Shown in pieces: positions 45,749-54,962 of a stretch of 64,000 nt of DNA (the stretch's first letter is position 1; each line of letters starts with the position of its first letter). The notes below the pieces were generated by a model that saw only the letters and a program-made list of their open reading frames with translations, was not told where the DNA came from and did no database searches. The DNA lies in sequence record OR493421.1. One strand, 5' to 3'. A program made the translations under genes and the position numbers.

Positions 45749-47415
45749 TTAATTTTAACCTCAGACTTAGTAAGTCTGCTCACAGTGGCTTCGTACAGTT
45801 CCACATCTTCTGGTCTGAGTCCCAAATATTTGTCGTTGATCAAATGTACGCAGGGGGCTAAGAATCCGCAAGCGTTTGGGTCGGGTTTAGTCACCCGTTG
45901 GAAACTCATCACAAAAGGTACAGAGCCATGTATGCAGTTAGCGGGATCGTTAGGGTTAAAGTCACTGTTTCTCCCATTATTACGAGGACCGAATACTTTA
46001 GCCTGAGACATCACCCCAAAGCCATAATCGGCGATAGGGCAATCTGTCGGCGTAGCTTCTTGGATCATGTTAGATTCCCAAGCAGCCGATTCGATATCGC
46101 GTAATTTGAAATGAGATGACATGAATGACTTAACGCGTTCATAGTTGAGTTCTGTTGTGTTTTTGACGTCGTGTTTAAAGCGGTTAGCCGCAGTAATCAG
46201 TTTGTCTAATGTGAACTCACTAGAACTAATTTCTTTATGTAACATATTGGCTTTATCGGAAGTCTTAACGATTTCAGCCCGATTCGCTATGATGTAATTA
46301 AACAATTCATAACGATCTTTAACCACGATTCGTTGCTCAGCAAATCGTTGGATACTTGTTTGGTCTAAACCTTCGTTCATGGAATCGAAGTGATCCGCCA
46401 TCTGTTTTTCCAAATGGGTGAGATTTCCTCCGGCTTTAATACTGGCGTGTCCGACCATCATACGCCAAAAATATTTATCGTCGAGTTTATCCAAATCAAT
46501 AAATTCCCCGCCAACATCACACAGATAAAGCAATGCCGCAATATACTGTTGTGCAACGTTAGGTATTTCCCCTCTTCGTTTTTCGTTTAATGGTTTAGCC
46601 GCTATAGCTAACCCGCAATTCACATATGGCGTGATACTTTTACCAATCGCCAATCCTTTACTACCAAACAGCTTCCAACCTTTATCTTCACTATATTGCT
46701 GAATGATCGCATCACGATCACCTATCGCATAATCGCATTCCCCGAACTTACGCATGGTTTCGCTAAAACCATACTCCGCAAACACATACCACGCCAATAA
46801 AGGTGTGGGTGTTTTAGTTGGGTTTGGACGACGTGCTTCACTGGCCACGTAGAAGCGGTTAGCCGGAAGGTTGATAGGAAGGTTGGTTTCCCTGACAGGA
46901 TTTATTTCATTGTGGATCTGAGTATACTCATATTGCTCAGTTCCTACTTTGAATTTATATCCCAGGAGTCTTACGAAGATCTGATCGTCTTTGGTGACGC
47001 TCAATCCTCGGTCAGCGAGGACGATCTGTAAGCTGTATTGACTTCCCCTGATCCAAACATCCCCATACCGATCACAGAACGGAAGGAGTACGTAAACAGG
47101 ATCCATCTCCCTGGCGGTGTTTTTATCCATCCCGTACTTAAAGACGAGCTTAACCGGATAAAGACTTTCTTTGTTTGTTTCAAAGGTTTTCTGCTGTGTG
47201 TTCTTCGCGATGACGTTATACATTTCATGAGGTCGTACCGACCTGACGCCAACAAACCATACTCCTTTCTTTTCAATGGGTTCAAACGTCATTCTTAAAA
47301 GATATTCATAACGTTTATGTATTTGCTCAAATTCTCGTTGATGGAAACCTGAAGCTATCGTTTCATTAAACTTAGGCATCGTAGCCGATACCGCTTTCAG
47401 TAACTTAGGATCCAT
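45745..47415 (-). CDS. non-virion RNA polymerase beta subunit, N-terminal part (phiKZ gp123-like)
   Basis: 556 aa; N-terminal MPKFN; C-terminal H.S.......V.KPDPN.CG.L.P aligns by eye with the beta HPTHYGRVCP...EGPNIGL region; two genes from the capsid as in recalled synteny. Confidence 0.7.
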   Translation of the reverse strand: MDPKLLKAVSATMPKFNETIASGFHQREFEQIHKRYEYLLRMTFEPIEKKGVWFVGVRSVRPHEMYNVIAKNTQQKTFETNKESLYPVKLVFKYGMDKNTAREMDPVYVLLPFCDRYGDVWIRGSQYSLQIVLADRGLSVTKDDQIFVRLLGYKFKVGTEQYEYTQIHNEINPVRETNLPINLPANRFYVASEARRPNPTKTPTPLLAWYVFAEYGFSETMRKFGECDYAIGDRDAIIQQYSEDKGWKLFGSKGLAIGKSITPYVNCGLAIAAKPLNEKRRGEIPNVAQQYIAALLYLCDVGGEFIDLDKLDDKYFWRMMVGHASIKAGGNLTHLEKQMADHFDSMNEGLDQTSIQRFAEQRIVVKDRYELFNYIIANRAEIVKTSDKANMLHKEISSSEFTLDKLITAANRFKHDVKNTTELNYERVKSFMSSHFKLRDIESAAWESNMIQEATPTDCPIADYGFGVMSQAKVFGPRNNGRNSDFNPNDPANCIHGSVPFVMSFQRVTKPDPNACGFLAPCVHLINDKYLGLRPEDVELYEATVSRLTKSEVKIK

Positions 47416-47426
47416 GTCGCACCTTG

Positions 47427-48449
47427 TTAAATGGGAAGGAGTTTAAATATCGAGAACAGCGTCGACAAGAACCCCCCTGCAGATTTAAATGCATCCCCCC
47501 ATCCACTACCGGTATTCGCGCTTTTGGATATATCTTCCTTGAACTTAGCCCGTTCTTTATCGAACAGTTGCACCATCTTTGCATGCTCCAACCGATTATT
47601 TAGAGTGGTTGCTTTAACTTCTGCGGTGTTTAGTTCCCGTTGAGCTTTCTCAGTGGATTTCTTCATTTCTGATACTTTAGATGTAAGGTCGTGTAACAAT
47701 TTACTGTTACCGCCAATATCGGCTTCGTGTTTACTGTGATAAACCCCTAGTGCGTTAAGGAATTCCTTACTGCACTTAGCGATATCATGATATTCACTTC
47801 CACGGTTATAAGCGTTATGACCTTTCACAATATACAGGCCCGCTGGTTCGTCTTCATTGGTAGTTTTCGGTATTAAAACTGCTTCACCGCCCGCTGTGGT
47901 CCAGAGATTATTTACAATGGAAAGGGGATCATTAACTCTCATACACACAATGAGGTTTTCTGATTCTTCTTCAGTTAAATCATTTTTTATCTCTTGGGTG
48001 ATTGCGGTTGCGGTCTTACCAACGAATCTGTCTTTATACTTATTGACCTCTTGACTTAAAGTGAAATTGAGCAGGTCACTTTTAATTTCATTTTTTAATC
48101 CACTCGCGTGACGTTGCCCTAGGGTTACGGTGTGTGTCATACAAATGGTGTCGTTAATTTCTAAATAAACAAAGTCGTTCTTCTTACGGGCATTTAACTG
48201 AGTGATGAATTCAGTTGCGATCTCCCTATCCAAAGCGTTGGTCATGCCTTCCAAATCAAATAATACATTGTGAACATTATGTACAGTAAGCGTAACCCGC
48301 AGAACAATAGTGTTATTATATCCGCTTTTAGGACACGCGGATATAATATTGTTCATTCCGCCGTTATTACGTAGCAAGAGCTCCTTGCTCGTGTTATTAA
48401 ATAACTGATAAGATAAGGCATTTTGCGTGCCGTAAGACGAAAGACTCAT
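47427..48449 (-). CDS. hypothetical protein with C-terminal coiled coil and amphipathic tail (340 aa)
   Basis: Heptad region LHDLTSKVSEMKK...LEHAK; ends GWGDAFKSAGGFLSTLFSIFKLLPI. Confidence 0.7.
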   Translation of the reverse strand: MSLSSYGTQNALSYQLFNNTSKELLLRNNGGMNNIISACPKSGYNNTIVLRVTLTVHNVHNVLFDLEGMTNALDREIATEFITQLNARKKNDFVYLEINDTICMTHTVTLGQRHASGLKNEIKSDLLNFTLSQEVNKYKDRFVGKTATAITQEIKNDLTEEESENLIVCMRVNDPLSIVNNLWTTAGGEAVLIPKTTNEDEPAGLYIVKGHNAYNRGSEYHDIAKCSKEFLNALGVYHSKHEADIGGNSKLLHDLTSKVSEMKKSTEKAQRELNTAEVKATTLNNRLEHAKMVQLFDKERAKFKEDISKSANTGSGWGDAFKSAGGFLSTLFSIFKLLPI

Positions 48450-48534
48450 TTGTTAATTTCCTTAAGGTTTATTTTTAGACTAGAGCTTCATCTGGTATGG
48501 GATGCGCGGTCCCTTATACCAACCCTTTACCCAG

Positions 48535-48545
48535 AGATAATATAG
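48535..48545 (-). promoter_or_regulatory. CTATATTATCT motif, candidate promoter of the RNAP-subunit operon
   Basis: Identical to 13223-13233; followed by a leader hairpin at 48493-48521. Confidence 0.45.
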
Positions 48546-48573
48546 TCCTTAAAAAATTTAAGAAGACGAAGTA

Positions 48574-48605
48574 TAACCCCCTACCCCGTTAAGGGTAGGG
48601 GGTTA
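48574..48605 (-). terminator. 13-bp hairpin after the capsid gene
   Basis: TAACCCCCTACCC-CGTTAA-GGGTAGGGGGTTA. Confidence 0.7.
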
Positions 48606-48628
48606 TTATTTCACGGTACTAATGTTGC

Positions 48629-50815
48629 TTACGGCAGCTGACCGTCGTCTACAGCGTCGACTTCAGACTGTACAACGCCGTTAACCACAACGCGCTGTTT
48701 AGCCAGAGCGTCGATCAGGCCTTCGTCGTTCAGAGCCAGTACAGCGTCTTCAACGGTCAGTACGCCGACGATCGGACATACAGAGTGGTGTTGGAAGATC
48801 GGCATGGTCATCAGGATACCGAACTGACGATCGGTACGAGTGACGTCGCCCTGTACAACAACGTGCTCTTTATCAACGCACACGCCCATACCACCCAGCG
48901 GGTCGATGGTGTTGCCGTCGGTTTCGGACTGCGGTACCAGGTAGAATTTACCGATCATGGTTTCGACGTTAGTCAGTTCAACCGCGAAGTCGGTATACGC
49001 ACCCATGGTACGAGCGTCGCCAGAACGCATCAGGTAACGACCCATGTTCTGATGGGCAACAACCTGCCATTTCAGTTTTTCACGGGTGTATTCGGCAATA
49101 GCAGCCAGACCGGAGTTAGTGGCCAGCGCTGCTGCCATTTCGCTCAGGGTGTTGCACAGTGCCGCAGAGATGTTGTCAACTACACCGACGCTGTCCTGAG
49201 TAGACACGATGTCAGACAGTTTCAGAGTACGGTTGATCGCAGCAGCGTTAGCGTAGTGCATACCAGCCAGGACGTTAGACGCCTGTTCGTTACCTACGAT
49301 CGCGGAACCGTTGATGGAGGTCACGTAATCAACGTGCTCTTCAGCTTTGGTAAACGCGTTTGCGGTGGTCTGTGCGTTCAGGATGATCGCCATCTGATCG
49401 ATCGCGTAGCTCAGAGATTCCTCATTGGTATCTTCTTTGCTGACCGGGTAGCGAACAGAGATCGGAGTCTGACGATGAGTGGTCAGAGTTTTACGTGCGT
49501 CAAACACTTCAACACGGTAACCGAAGTTCACGCGGTTGATGTTGGTGTGGTTGTAACGCAGTTCAACACCGGCGATTTCGCCATCAGCGAACAGGCCGAA
49601 CAGAGCTTTGATCGTTGCGCTGGAAGTGGTCGGCAGATGTTTGTTGCCAGCCGCATCTTTGATGTACTCCAGTTCGAAAGAACCGCCCTGGATTTTCAGG
49701 GTATTGGTCTGACGCTGGTAAGTACCGGTGATGCTCAGAGAGAAGAACGGCTGAGCGCCATTCGCTTTCAGTGCATCCAGTGCAGTGGTAACAGTATCGC
49801 TACCGATGTTGAACAGTGCAGACGCCGGCAGACCCTGTACCTGGAAGTCCATCTGACGATCGTCAGAAGAAGCACCCATTGCAGCGATACCGAAATGTGC
49901 CTGAGACATGTTTACGGTCGGCATACGCAGCACAACCGCAGTAGCGGAACCGGAAGCGCCGACGTTAGCGGTCAGGGCGACGTTGGTCATCTGAATGGAG
50001 TTTGGTTCAACTTCATCAGAAGAGTCGAACGGGTTCTGGCCAGGAGCTTCGGACAGACCAACCAGGTTCGGAATGGAAACCGGAACTTTCAGGTATTGGG
50101 TCTGGTGAGCTTGACGGTTCAGCGGATCAGCGCTATCGTAAGGGGCTTCGGTAGCAGGAGCGATAGAGGTCGCCATGAAGTACTTACGGTTAGGATCGGC
50201 AGAGTCGGTCGGATAAACCGGATACATGCGCAGGGTATCGGCCATGAAGGCTTTACCTTTGCGGATCAGGCTCATTACCGGTACCAGCTCAGAAGCACGT
50301 TCGCCAGCAGCAGCACCGTAGATGTAACGACCCAGGCCAGCGGTACGCACGGAGAACTCCAGGTACTCTTCCGCATACGGAATGGTGACGGTGGTGAACA
50401 GAGCTTCAGCAGCGTCGGTCTGGCGGTGAGACAGGGCGTTCAGAGTGATGTTCACGCCTTTAACTTTAGCGGACTCACCGGCAAACTGCGCCATTGAGAA
50501 ACCTTCGGTACCGGCGAAGTCAGCCAGGCGGCGATCAACGGTCGGGAATGCATTTTGCATCGACGCGATGCTGGAGATGGTCGCGAAACGCTGAGAGTTG
50601 GTCAGGTTGCTGAGCAGTTTGGAAGACTCTGGGCTAATACCGTTAGCCAGTGACTCGGTGCCAGCAAACATGGCATTGAACTGGTCGGTCGCAGTATCCA
50701 GGTTTTCAACACCAGTAAAAGATTTAAAGCCGCCCTGACTAAACATGTCGCTCATCGCGAGGTTCAGGGGTTTTACAGCAGTGGAGCCTTTGCGGACGTT
50801 AATTGTACGCTTCAT
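48629..50815 (-). CDS. major capsid protein (phiKZ gp120 / SPN3US gp75-like), with propeptide
   Basis: 728 aa; strongly biased codons; NALSHRQTDAAEALF.TV and GYRV.V...R...T...Q.PIS motifs; N-terminal GxE sites (TGVE, AGTE twice); next to the DnaB gene. Confidence 0.85.
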   Translation of the reverse strand: MKRTINVRKGSTAVKPLNLAMSDMFSQGGFKSFTGVENLDTATDQFNAMFAGTESLANGISPESSKLLSNLTNSQRFATISSIASMQNAFPTVDRRLADFAGTEGFSMAQFAGESAKVKGVNITLNALSHRQTDAAEALFTTVTIPYAEEYLEFSVRTAGLGRYIYGAAAGERASELVPVMSLIRKGKAFMADTLRMYPVYPTDSADPNRKYFMATSIAPATEAPYDSADPLNRQAHQTQYLKVPVSIPNLVGLSEAPGQNPFDSSDEVEPNSIQMTNVALTANVGASGSATAVVLRMPTVNMSQAHFGIAAMGASSDDRQMDFQVQGLPASALFNIGSDTVTTALDALKANGAQPFFSLSITGTYQRQTNTLKIQGGSFELEYIKDAAGNKHLPTTSSATIKALFGLFADGEIAGVELRYNHTNINRVNFGYRVEVFDARKTLTTHRQTPISVRYPVSKEDTNEESLSYAIDQMAIILNAQTTANAFTKAEEHVDYVTSINGSAIVGNEQASNVLAGMHYANAAAINRTLKLSDIVSTQDSVGVVDNISAALCNTLSEMAAALATNSGLAAIAEYTREKLKWQVVAHQNMGRYLMRSGDARTMGAYTDFAVELTNVETMIGKFYLVPQSETDGNTIDPLGGMGVCVDKEHVVVQGDVTRTDRQFGILMTMPIFQHHSVCPIVGVLTVEDAVLALNDEGLIDALAKQRVVVNGVVQSEVDAVDDGQLP

Positions 50816-50869
50816 CGATAATTTCCTTTATTCAAAGCTTTAAACAAATATTTGTTTACGGCACTAGTA

Positions 50870-50876
50870 CATAAAA
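50870..50876 (-). promoter_or_regulatory. TTTTATG candidate late promoter of the capsid gene
   Basis: Intergenic, 55 nt upstream of the capsid ATG; TATG core as in phiKZ late promoters. Confidence 0.45.
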
Positions 50877-50903
50877 TGTACTTAACCCCTTATGCATCAG
50901 GGA

Positions 50904-51461
50904 TTAAGACAATACGCGGAGAACGTCGGCTAACGTAAAGCTATCTCGTTGCGGTCGGTTCAATTCTCGGAAATGCAATTGATGGTAGCCGTATTGGCTA
51001 TAAATCCCTTTTAATAATGCGTGAGTGAAGAGAGATTCGTTTAGCTCAGTCCAGCTAGTGTCTGGTTTAACCAGCTCACCTTGACATAAAATAACGTCAT
51101 TACCCACTTTCTTAATGTAATAACGAGCAGGATTGCTCAACGCCGCTATAACGGTCAGACGAGGGAGTTCTGCTAATACATTGCTAATCTTACTCTTGAG
51201 GACAAGTCCTTCGTCACCCACATAAGCGTCTGGATCAAACACGTCCTGGAGCGGACGACCCAATTTAAGGCTCATGCTGTATTGTAAAACAGCAATAGCA
51301 ATAATATCGGATTCCGCAAAACGATCTCGATATTCTGGGATTCGATTTAACTGATCGAATCTTATACGAGATCTCTCAACCGCTTTCACCATATCATTAG
51401 TTAATAACCATACCTGGTGGCGGTCAGGAGACTCTTGAAAAATTAAATTCATTATCATCAC
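50904..51461 (-). CDS. hypothetical protein (185 aa)
   Basis: Sits between capsid and helicase genes, matching recalled phiKZ-family order. Confidence 0.65.
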   Translation of the reverse strand: MMIMNLIFQESPDRHQVWLLTNDMVKAVERSRIRFDQLNRIPEYRDRFAESDIIAIAVLQYSMSLKLGRPLQDVFDPDAYVGDEGLVLKSKISNVLAELPRLTVIAALSNPARYYIKKVGNDVILCQGELVKPDTSWTELNESLFTHALLKGIYSQYGYHQLHFRELNRPQRDSFTLADVLRVLS

Positions 51462-51475
51462 CTTGGAGTTTTTAA

Positions 51476-53017
51476 ATGAGCACGTTACTGATCCTGGTTA
51501 AGATTCTCAGTGCGATGTACCAAATTAAAAAAATAAAAGACGTCACTCTGTTAGGGGAAGCGAAAGATCTTTTGAGTGGGATACCGATTTCTAAAGGCGA
51601 CTTGTTCACGCAGGATAAAAAAATAGAAACCGCTATTCGTGATACCATCGACTGGATTTTAGCTCAACCCGAAGATGAGCCGATCATAAAATCATTGCTC
51701 ACTCAACGAGTAATGGACTTTATGAAAGACGCACCTGAGTTAGCCAAAGCTATTGAAGCAGGATTAGAAGACTACCCTAGCGAAGAAAGAACACGGCAGA
51801 TTATTTATCGTCATATTCAAGAAGTCAAAAAAGCAGTTGGTGACGATAAGTTCAATAAAGATTTTAAGAACGAAATTAAAGAACTTTATTTTGGTGACCC
51901 GAGTAAAACGGATAAAACCACTTGGGCTAAAATAGCCGACATGATTGAAACCAAATTGACGGAAGCTGTATTGGCTGATAAGAACGTCGCTTTGGTGGAA
52001 GAAGTCAATACAGACGATTTGAGTGGCATCGTTAATATCATTGAACGCGCTAAAATCGAATCGTCGGAAGAAGGTGTGTTAAAGACTGGTCTTCAGGGAC
52101 TAAACAAAGCGCTATATCCAGATAATGGGTTGCGTCGCTCCAAGTTCTATATGTGGGAGGCGTTAACAAACAGGGGTAAGAGCTTGACCATGGGACACAT
52201 CGTATCATCGATAGGTCTCTATAACAAACCCCTGCTGCGTGATAAGTCTAAAATACCTACCATCGTACTGGATTCAGCCGAGGATGCGTTAGACATAATT
52301 ATCGAACGCATGTATAAGCTCATCATGGTCAACCAGCTCGGCCACCAAGGTGACTTCAAGAACGAGTCGCCTGAAACGATCGCTCAAGTTATCGCAGACG
52401 GTTTTAGGAAGAATGGCTGGTTCTTAATCATGAACCGAGTCGATCCCGTCAATGATAACTATTATGAGATGACTGACCGTATTCGTAAGTTACAGATGAA
52501 GGGTCACGAAATCATTTTCTGGGCTTACGATTACTTAGGGATGGCTAACCTCAAGGGGACTTCTGGGGAATCTCGCTCTGATCGCTTACAAGACCTGTAC
52601 AAGCGTGTCCGTGGGTTCATCGTCAATCACGGTATTTGTTTCTGTACACCTCACCAGTTATCTCCAGAGGCTAAAAAGTTCTTACGTGAATCAGACGACG
52701 ACGCAGAACTGACTTTCGCCAAAGAAGTCGGCGGGAAGTCCATGACTGAAGGCTCGACTAAATTAACGAACGAATGTGATGGCGTTATCACAGTGCATGT
52801 TGCAAAAACAGTGGACGACAAAGCTTACTGGACCGTCAACTTATCCAAAATGAGAGGGGAGGGTTCTCCTCTATCGGAAAGATTCTGGGTCTATCCGCTC
52901 GATCCGGTATTAGGGTTGGTTCACGATATCAACACCAAGTGCGCTGGCAAGAAATCCTTTAAACACATGTTAGACGAAAACGGCGAATCAGTTCCTGATT
53001 TCGATTTTGCAGGATAA
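51476..53017 (+). CDS. dnaB: DnaB-like replicative helicase
   Basis: TGLQGLN, Walker A ALTNRGKS, SAED, YDYL, TPHQLS, K.RG arginine-finger region; no intein. Confidence 0.85.
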   Translation: MSTLLILVKILSAMYQIKKIKDVTLLGEAKDLLSGIPISKGDLFTQDKKIETAIRDTIDWILAQPEDEPIIKSLLTQRVMDFMKDAPELAKAIEAGLEDYPSEERTRQIIYRHIQEVKKAVGDDKFNKDFKNEIKELYFGDPSKTDKTTWAKIADMIETKLTEAVLADKNVALVEEVNTDDLSGIVNIIERAKIESSEEGVLKTGLQGLNKALYPDNGLRRSKFYMWEALTNRGKSLTMGHIVSSIGLYNKPLLRDKSKIPTIVLDSAEDALDIIIERMYKLIMVNQLGHQGDFKNESPETIAQVIADGFRKNGWFLIMNRVDPVNDNYYEMTDRIRKLQMKGHEIIFWAYDYLGMANLKGTSGESRSDRLQDLYKRVRGFIVNHGICFCTPHQLSPEAKKFLRESDDDAELTFAKEVGGKSMTEGSTKLTNECDGVITVHVAKTVDDKAYWTVNLSKMRGEGSPLSERFWVYPLDPVLGLVHDINTKCAGKKSFKHMLDENGESVPDFDFAG

Positions 53018-53035
53018 AAAAATAAATTAGGTTGC

Positions 53036-53065
53036 CCTACCTCCACCCATAAGGGTGGAGGTAGG
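53036..53065. terminator. 13-bp hairpin between convergent genes
   Basis: CCTACCTCCACCC-ATAA-GGGTGGAGGTAGG. Confidence 0.7.
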
Positions 53066-53069
53066 AGGT

Positions 53070-53528
53070 TTATTCATCCTTTACCTTTTCATGGTAAGGA
53101 AAGATTTTGATCATGTTTTCGCTGTCGAGAACACCGGCATCGATAATGTCTTCGCACTCAATGGTCGAAATAACTTTATCGTTCTTGAGCACATAAAGAC
53201 GCCCGATCTTGTTAAACTGTTCAGCGATATAACTGAACTGTCCGTTATTAAAAGTCAGCTGGTAATACGTGGTTTGCAGGATACCGTTGGCGTAAGCCTC
53301 TTTCTCAGTATACTTAACGTCAGAAGGTTTCTTGACAACGGAGAGCTCTGGATTGCTCCCGGCCTTACCGAACGTGTAGACCGCCTGAACGCCACCCGCT
53401 CCTTCTACCAAGTCGACTCTAGCGACTTTGCCTGTATTTGTGACGCAGCCCCAGATGTTGGTATTTTCAGTTGCGGTAGCGCTCATAGCAATAACGGAAA
53501 GAATAGCCGCAGAGATAAAACGTTTCAT
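53070..53528 (-). CDS. secreted/periplasmic protein with signal peptide (152 aa)
   Basis: MKRFISAAILSVIAMSATA signal; GAGGA RBS; one Cys near each end; beta-rich (YTFGKAG..PEL, LTFNNGQFSY); start moved from 53576. Confidence 0.7.
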   Translation of the reverse strand: MKRFISAAILSVIAMSATATENTNIWGCVTNTGKVARVDLVEGAGGVQAVYTFGKAGSNPELSVVKKPSDVKYTEKEAYANGILQTTYYQLTFNNGQFSYIAEQFNKIGRLYVLKNDKVISTIECEDIIDAGVLDSENMIKIFPYHEKVKDE

Positions 53529-53579
53529 GATGATTTCCTCTATTAAATTAAAAATAACATTTTGTTTTTCATACACTGC

Positions 53580-53599
53580 GGTTATATAGTGCCATAAAA
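53580..53599 (-). promoter_or_regulatory. adjacent TTTTATG and CTATATAACC motifs
   Basis: Both recurring intergenic motifs occur side by side upstream of the secreted-protein gene. Confidence 0.35.
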
Positions 53600-53615
53600 A
53601 ACTCCATGTTGAATT

Positions 53616-54962
53616 TTAATTGTTCGGGGTTATCGTGGTATTTTGAATAGGGAGCAGGAGTATGGTCAGAACAGAGTTCTTTCTAAACGGTGTGAGGGGT
53701 CTGGTAGAATCAGAGTAATAGGTGGTCTGCTCCGATATTACCGTACCTTCCTGGATGGTGAGGGTCCCTTGTTCATTAAGGAAATAATACTTAACCGGAG
53801 CCCCTGGGGTAATGAGAAAAGGATTGGAGTTACTCCAATTCAATTCTAGTACTTTACAGTCCCTCATGGCGTTTTTAGTTATCTCTTTAAAAACGTTATT
53901 GGTAGGAGTGGGGTTGATGTCGATAAGTTCCTGCCCTGAGGCACGCTGCGTGGTTCTGTATTCAGTCACTTTCTCTGCTCGTAGAGTGACACTCGCTCCG
54001 TTGTTATAGTGTGACCCAGCTTCTCCTGAAATCGCATCCGAAGAAATGATCTGTTGACCGGCACCAAAATTCTGTCTCAGGTTATCAGTGCCGTCAAGCA
54101 ATTTAGATGGGCCTGTAGAAAGTATTAACGTGGAGTTCGCCGTCGTCCCATACGTTTGTTCCGTTACTGGTAGAACGTCCTCAGGGAACTTATAAATATC
54201 TAAGGACTTCTTCACCGTACCGTATCTTTCGGGTTTACAAATAGGAAAGACGTACCAAATTCCATCTCGATAGAAAGACCCACACCCACGGGTATAAATT
54301 CCCAATCCTTCTTCATTCTGAAGATAGTCCGCGAAACGAGTCAGACGCGTGCCGTGCTTGACCATAATCTGCCGATAAACTCTAGGGTTATCGGTGGGTT
54401 CTTCAATGTCAACTCCTTTAAACTTGTTAACCCCGTTAGACTGAATGGCGTGACCTTGCTGACTCCAGACATTATGCAAAACGTCTTTGGTTGTAGCCAT
54501 TAAGTAATTATCAAGTAGCGGTTGGTTACGTAACTGTTCGTATACTGTATCGATCAAAATAAGCGTGACGGGAACGACCATGTTTTGATCTAATACACCT
54601 GGATCAATATAGACGCTGTTATCCGAACTGGTTTGAGGATTAACGTCCATTGGAATTGTCGCGCGAAGGCGACGAAGTGTTCTATTGAGTCCCGTGCTCT
54701 CAACTAAGTCAACGAGCAGGTTATCTTTGTACGGAAGAATCTGTTTTAAGAAAACGCCAGGCTGCATCAAGAAGTTAATCGCCCAAACATCTGTCCCGTC
54801 CTCCAAGAAATTAGAGCTCTTAGAGAGTCTCTGAACGTTAGGAACGGGATAATGTAATTCCGGGGTTATAAGAGTTAGCTCGAGCGTAGAGATGGTAGCG
54901 CGTTTGGTTGCGGCAACCTGCTTCGCCTGTTCTAAGACGTTACTAATATTAACGGGTATCAT
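53616..54962 (-). CDS. probable baseplate hub-like virion protein (448 aa)
   Basis: YLQ....GIY..G.GSFY....WYVFP and W..SNP.LI.PG.PV..Y motifs recalled from phiKZ gp101-like proteins; synteny. Confidence 0.5.
   Translation of the reverse strand: MIPVNISNVLEQAKQVAATKRATISTLELTLITPELHYPVPNVQRLSKSSNFLEDGTDVWAINFLMQPGVFLKQILPYKDNLLVDLVESTGLNRTLRRLRATIPMDVNPQTSSDNSVYIDPGVLDQNMVVPVTLILIDTVYEQLRNQPLLDNYLMATTKDVLHNVWSQQGHAIQSNGVNKFKGVDIEEPTDNPRVYRQIMVKHGTRLTRFADYLQNEEGLGIYTRGCGSFYRDGIWYVFPICKPERYGTVKKSLDIYKFPEDVLPVTEQTYGTTANSTLILSTGPSKLLDGTDNLRQNFGAGQQIISSDAISGEAGSHYNNGASVTLRAEKVTEYRTTQRASGQELIDINPTPTNNVFKEITKNAMRDCKVLELNWSNSNPFLITPGAPVKYYFLNEQGTLTIQEGTVISEQTTYYSDSTRPLTPFRKNSVLTILLLPIQNTTITPNN

Noticed and set aside
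48785-50497. 570-aa + strand ORF antisense to the capsid gene
   Set aside because: Fully antisense to a gene with extreme codon bias, which depletes reverse-strand stops; no RBS; composition (V/H/Q/R-rich) is typical of shadow ORFs.
45745-53017. Inteins or introns in RNAP, capsid or helicase genes
   Set aside because: ORFs are uninterrupted and of expected length, with no C/S...HN splice motifs or homing-endonuclease signatures seen.
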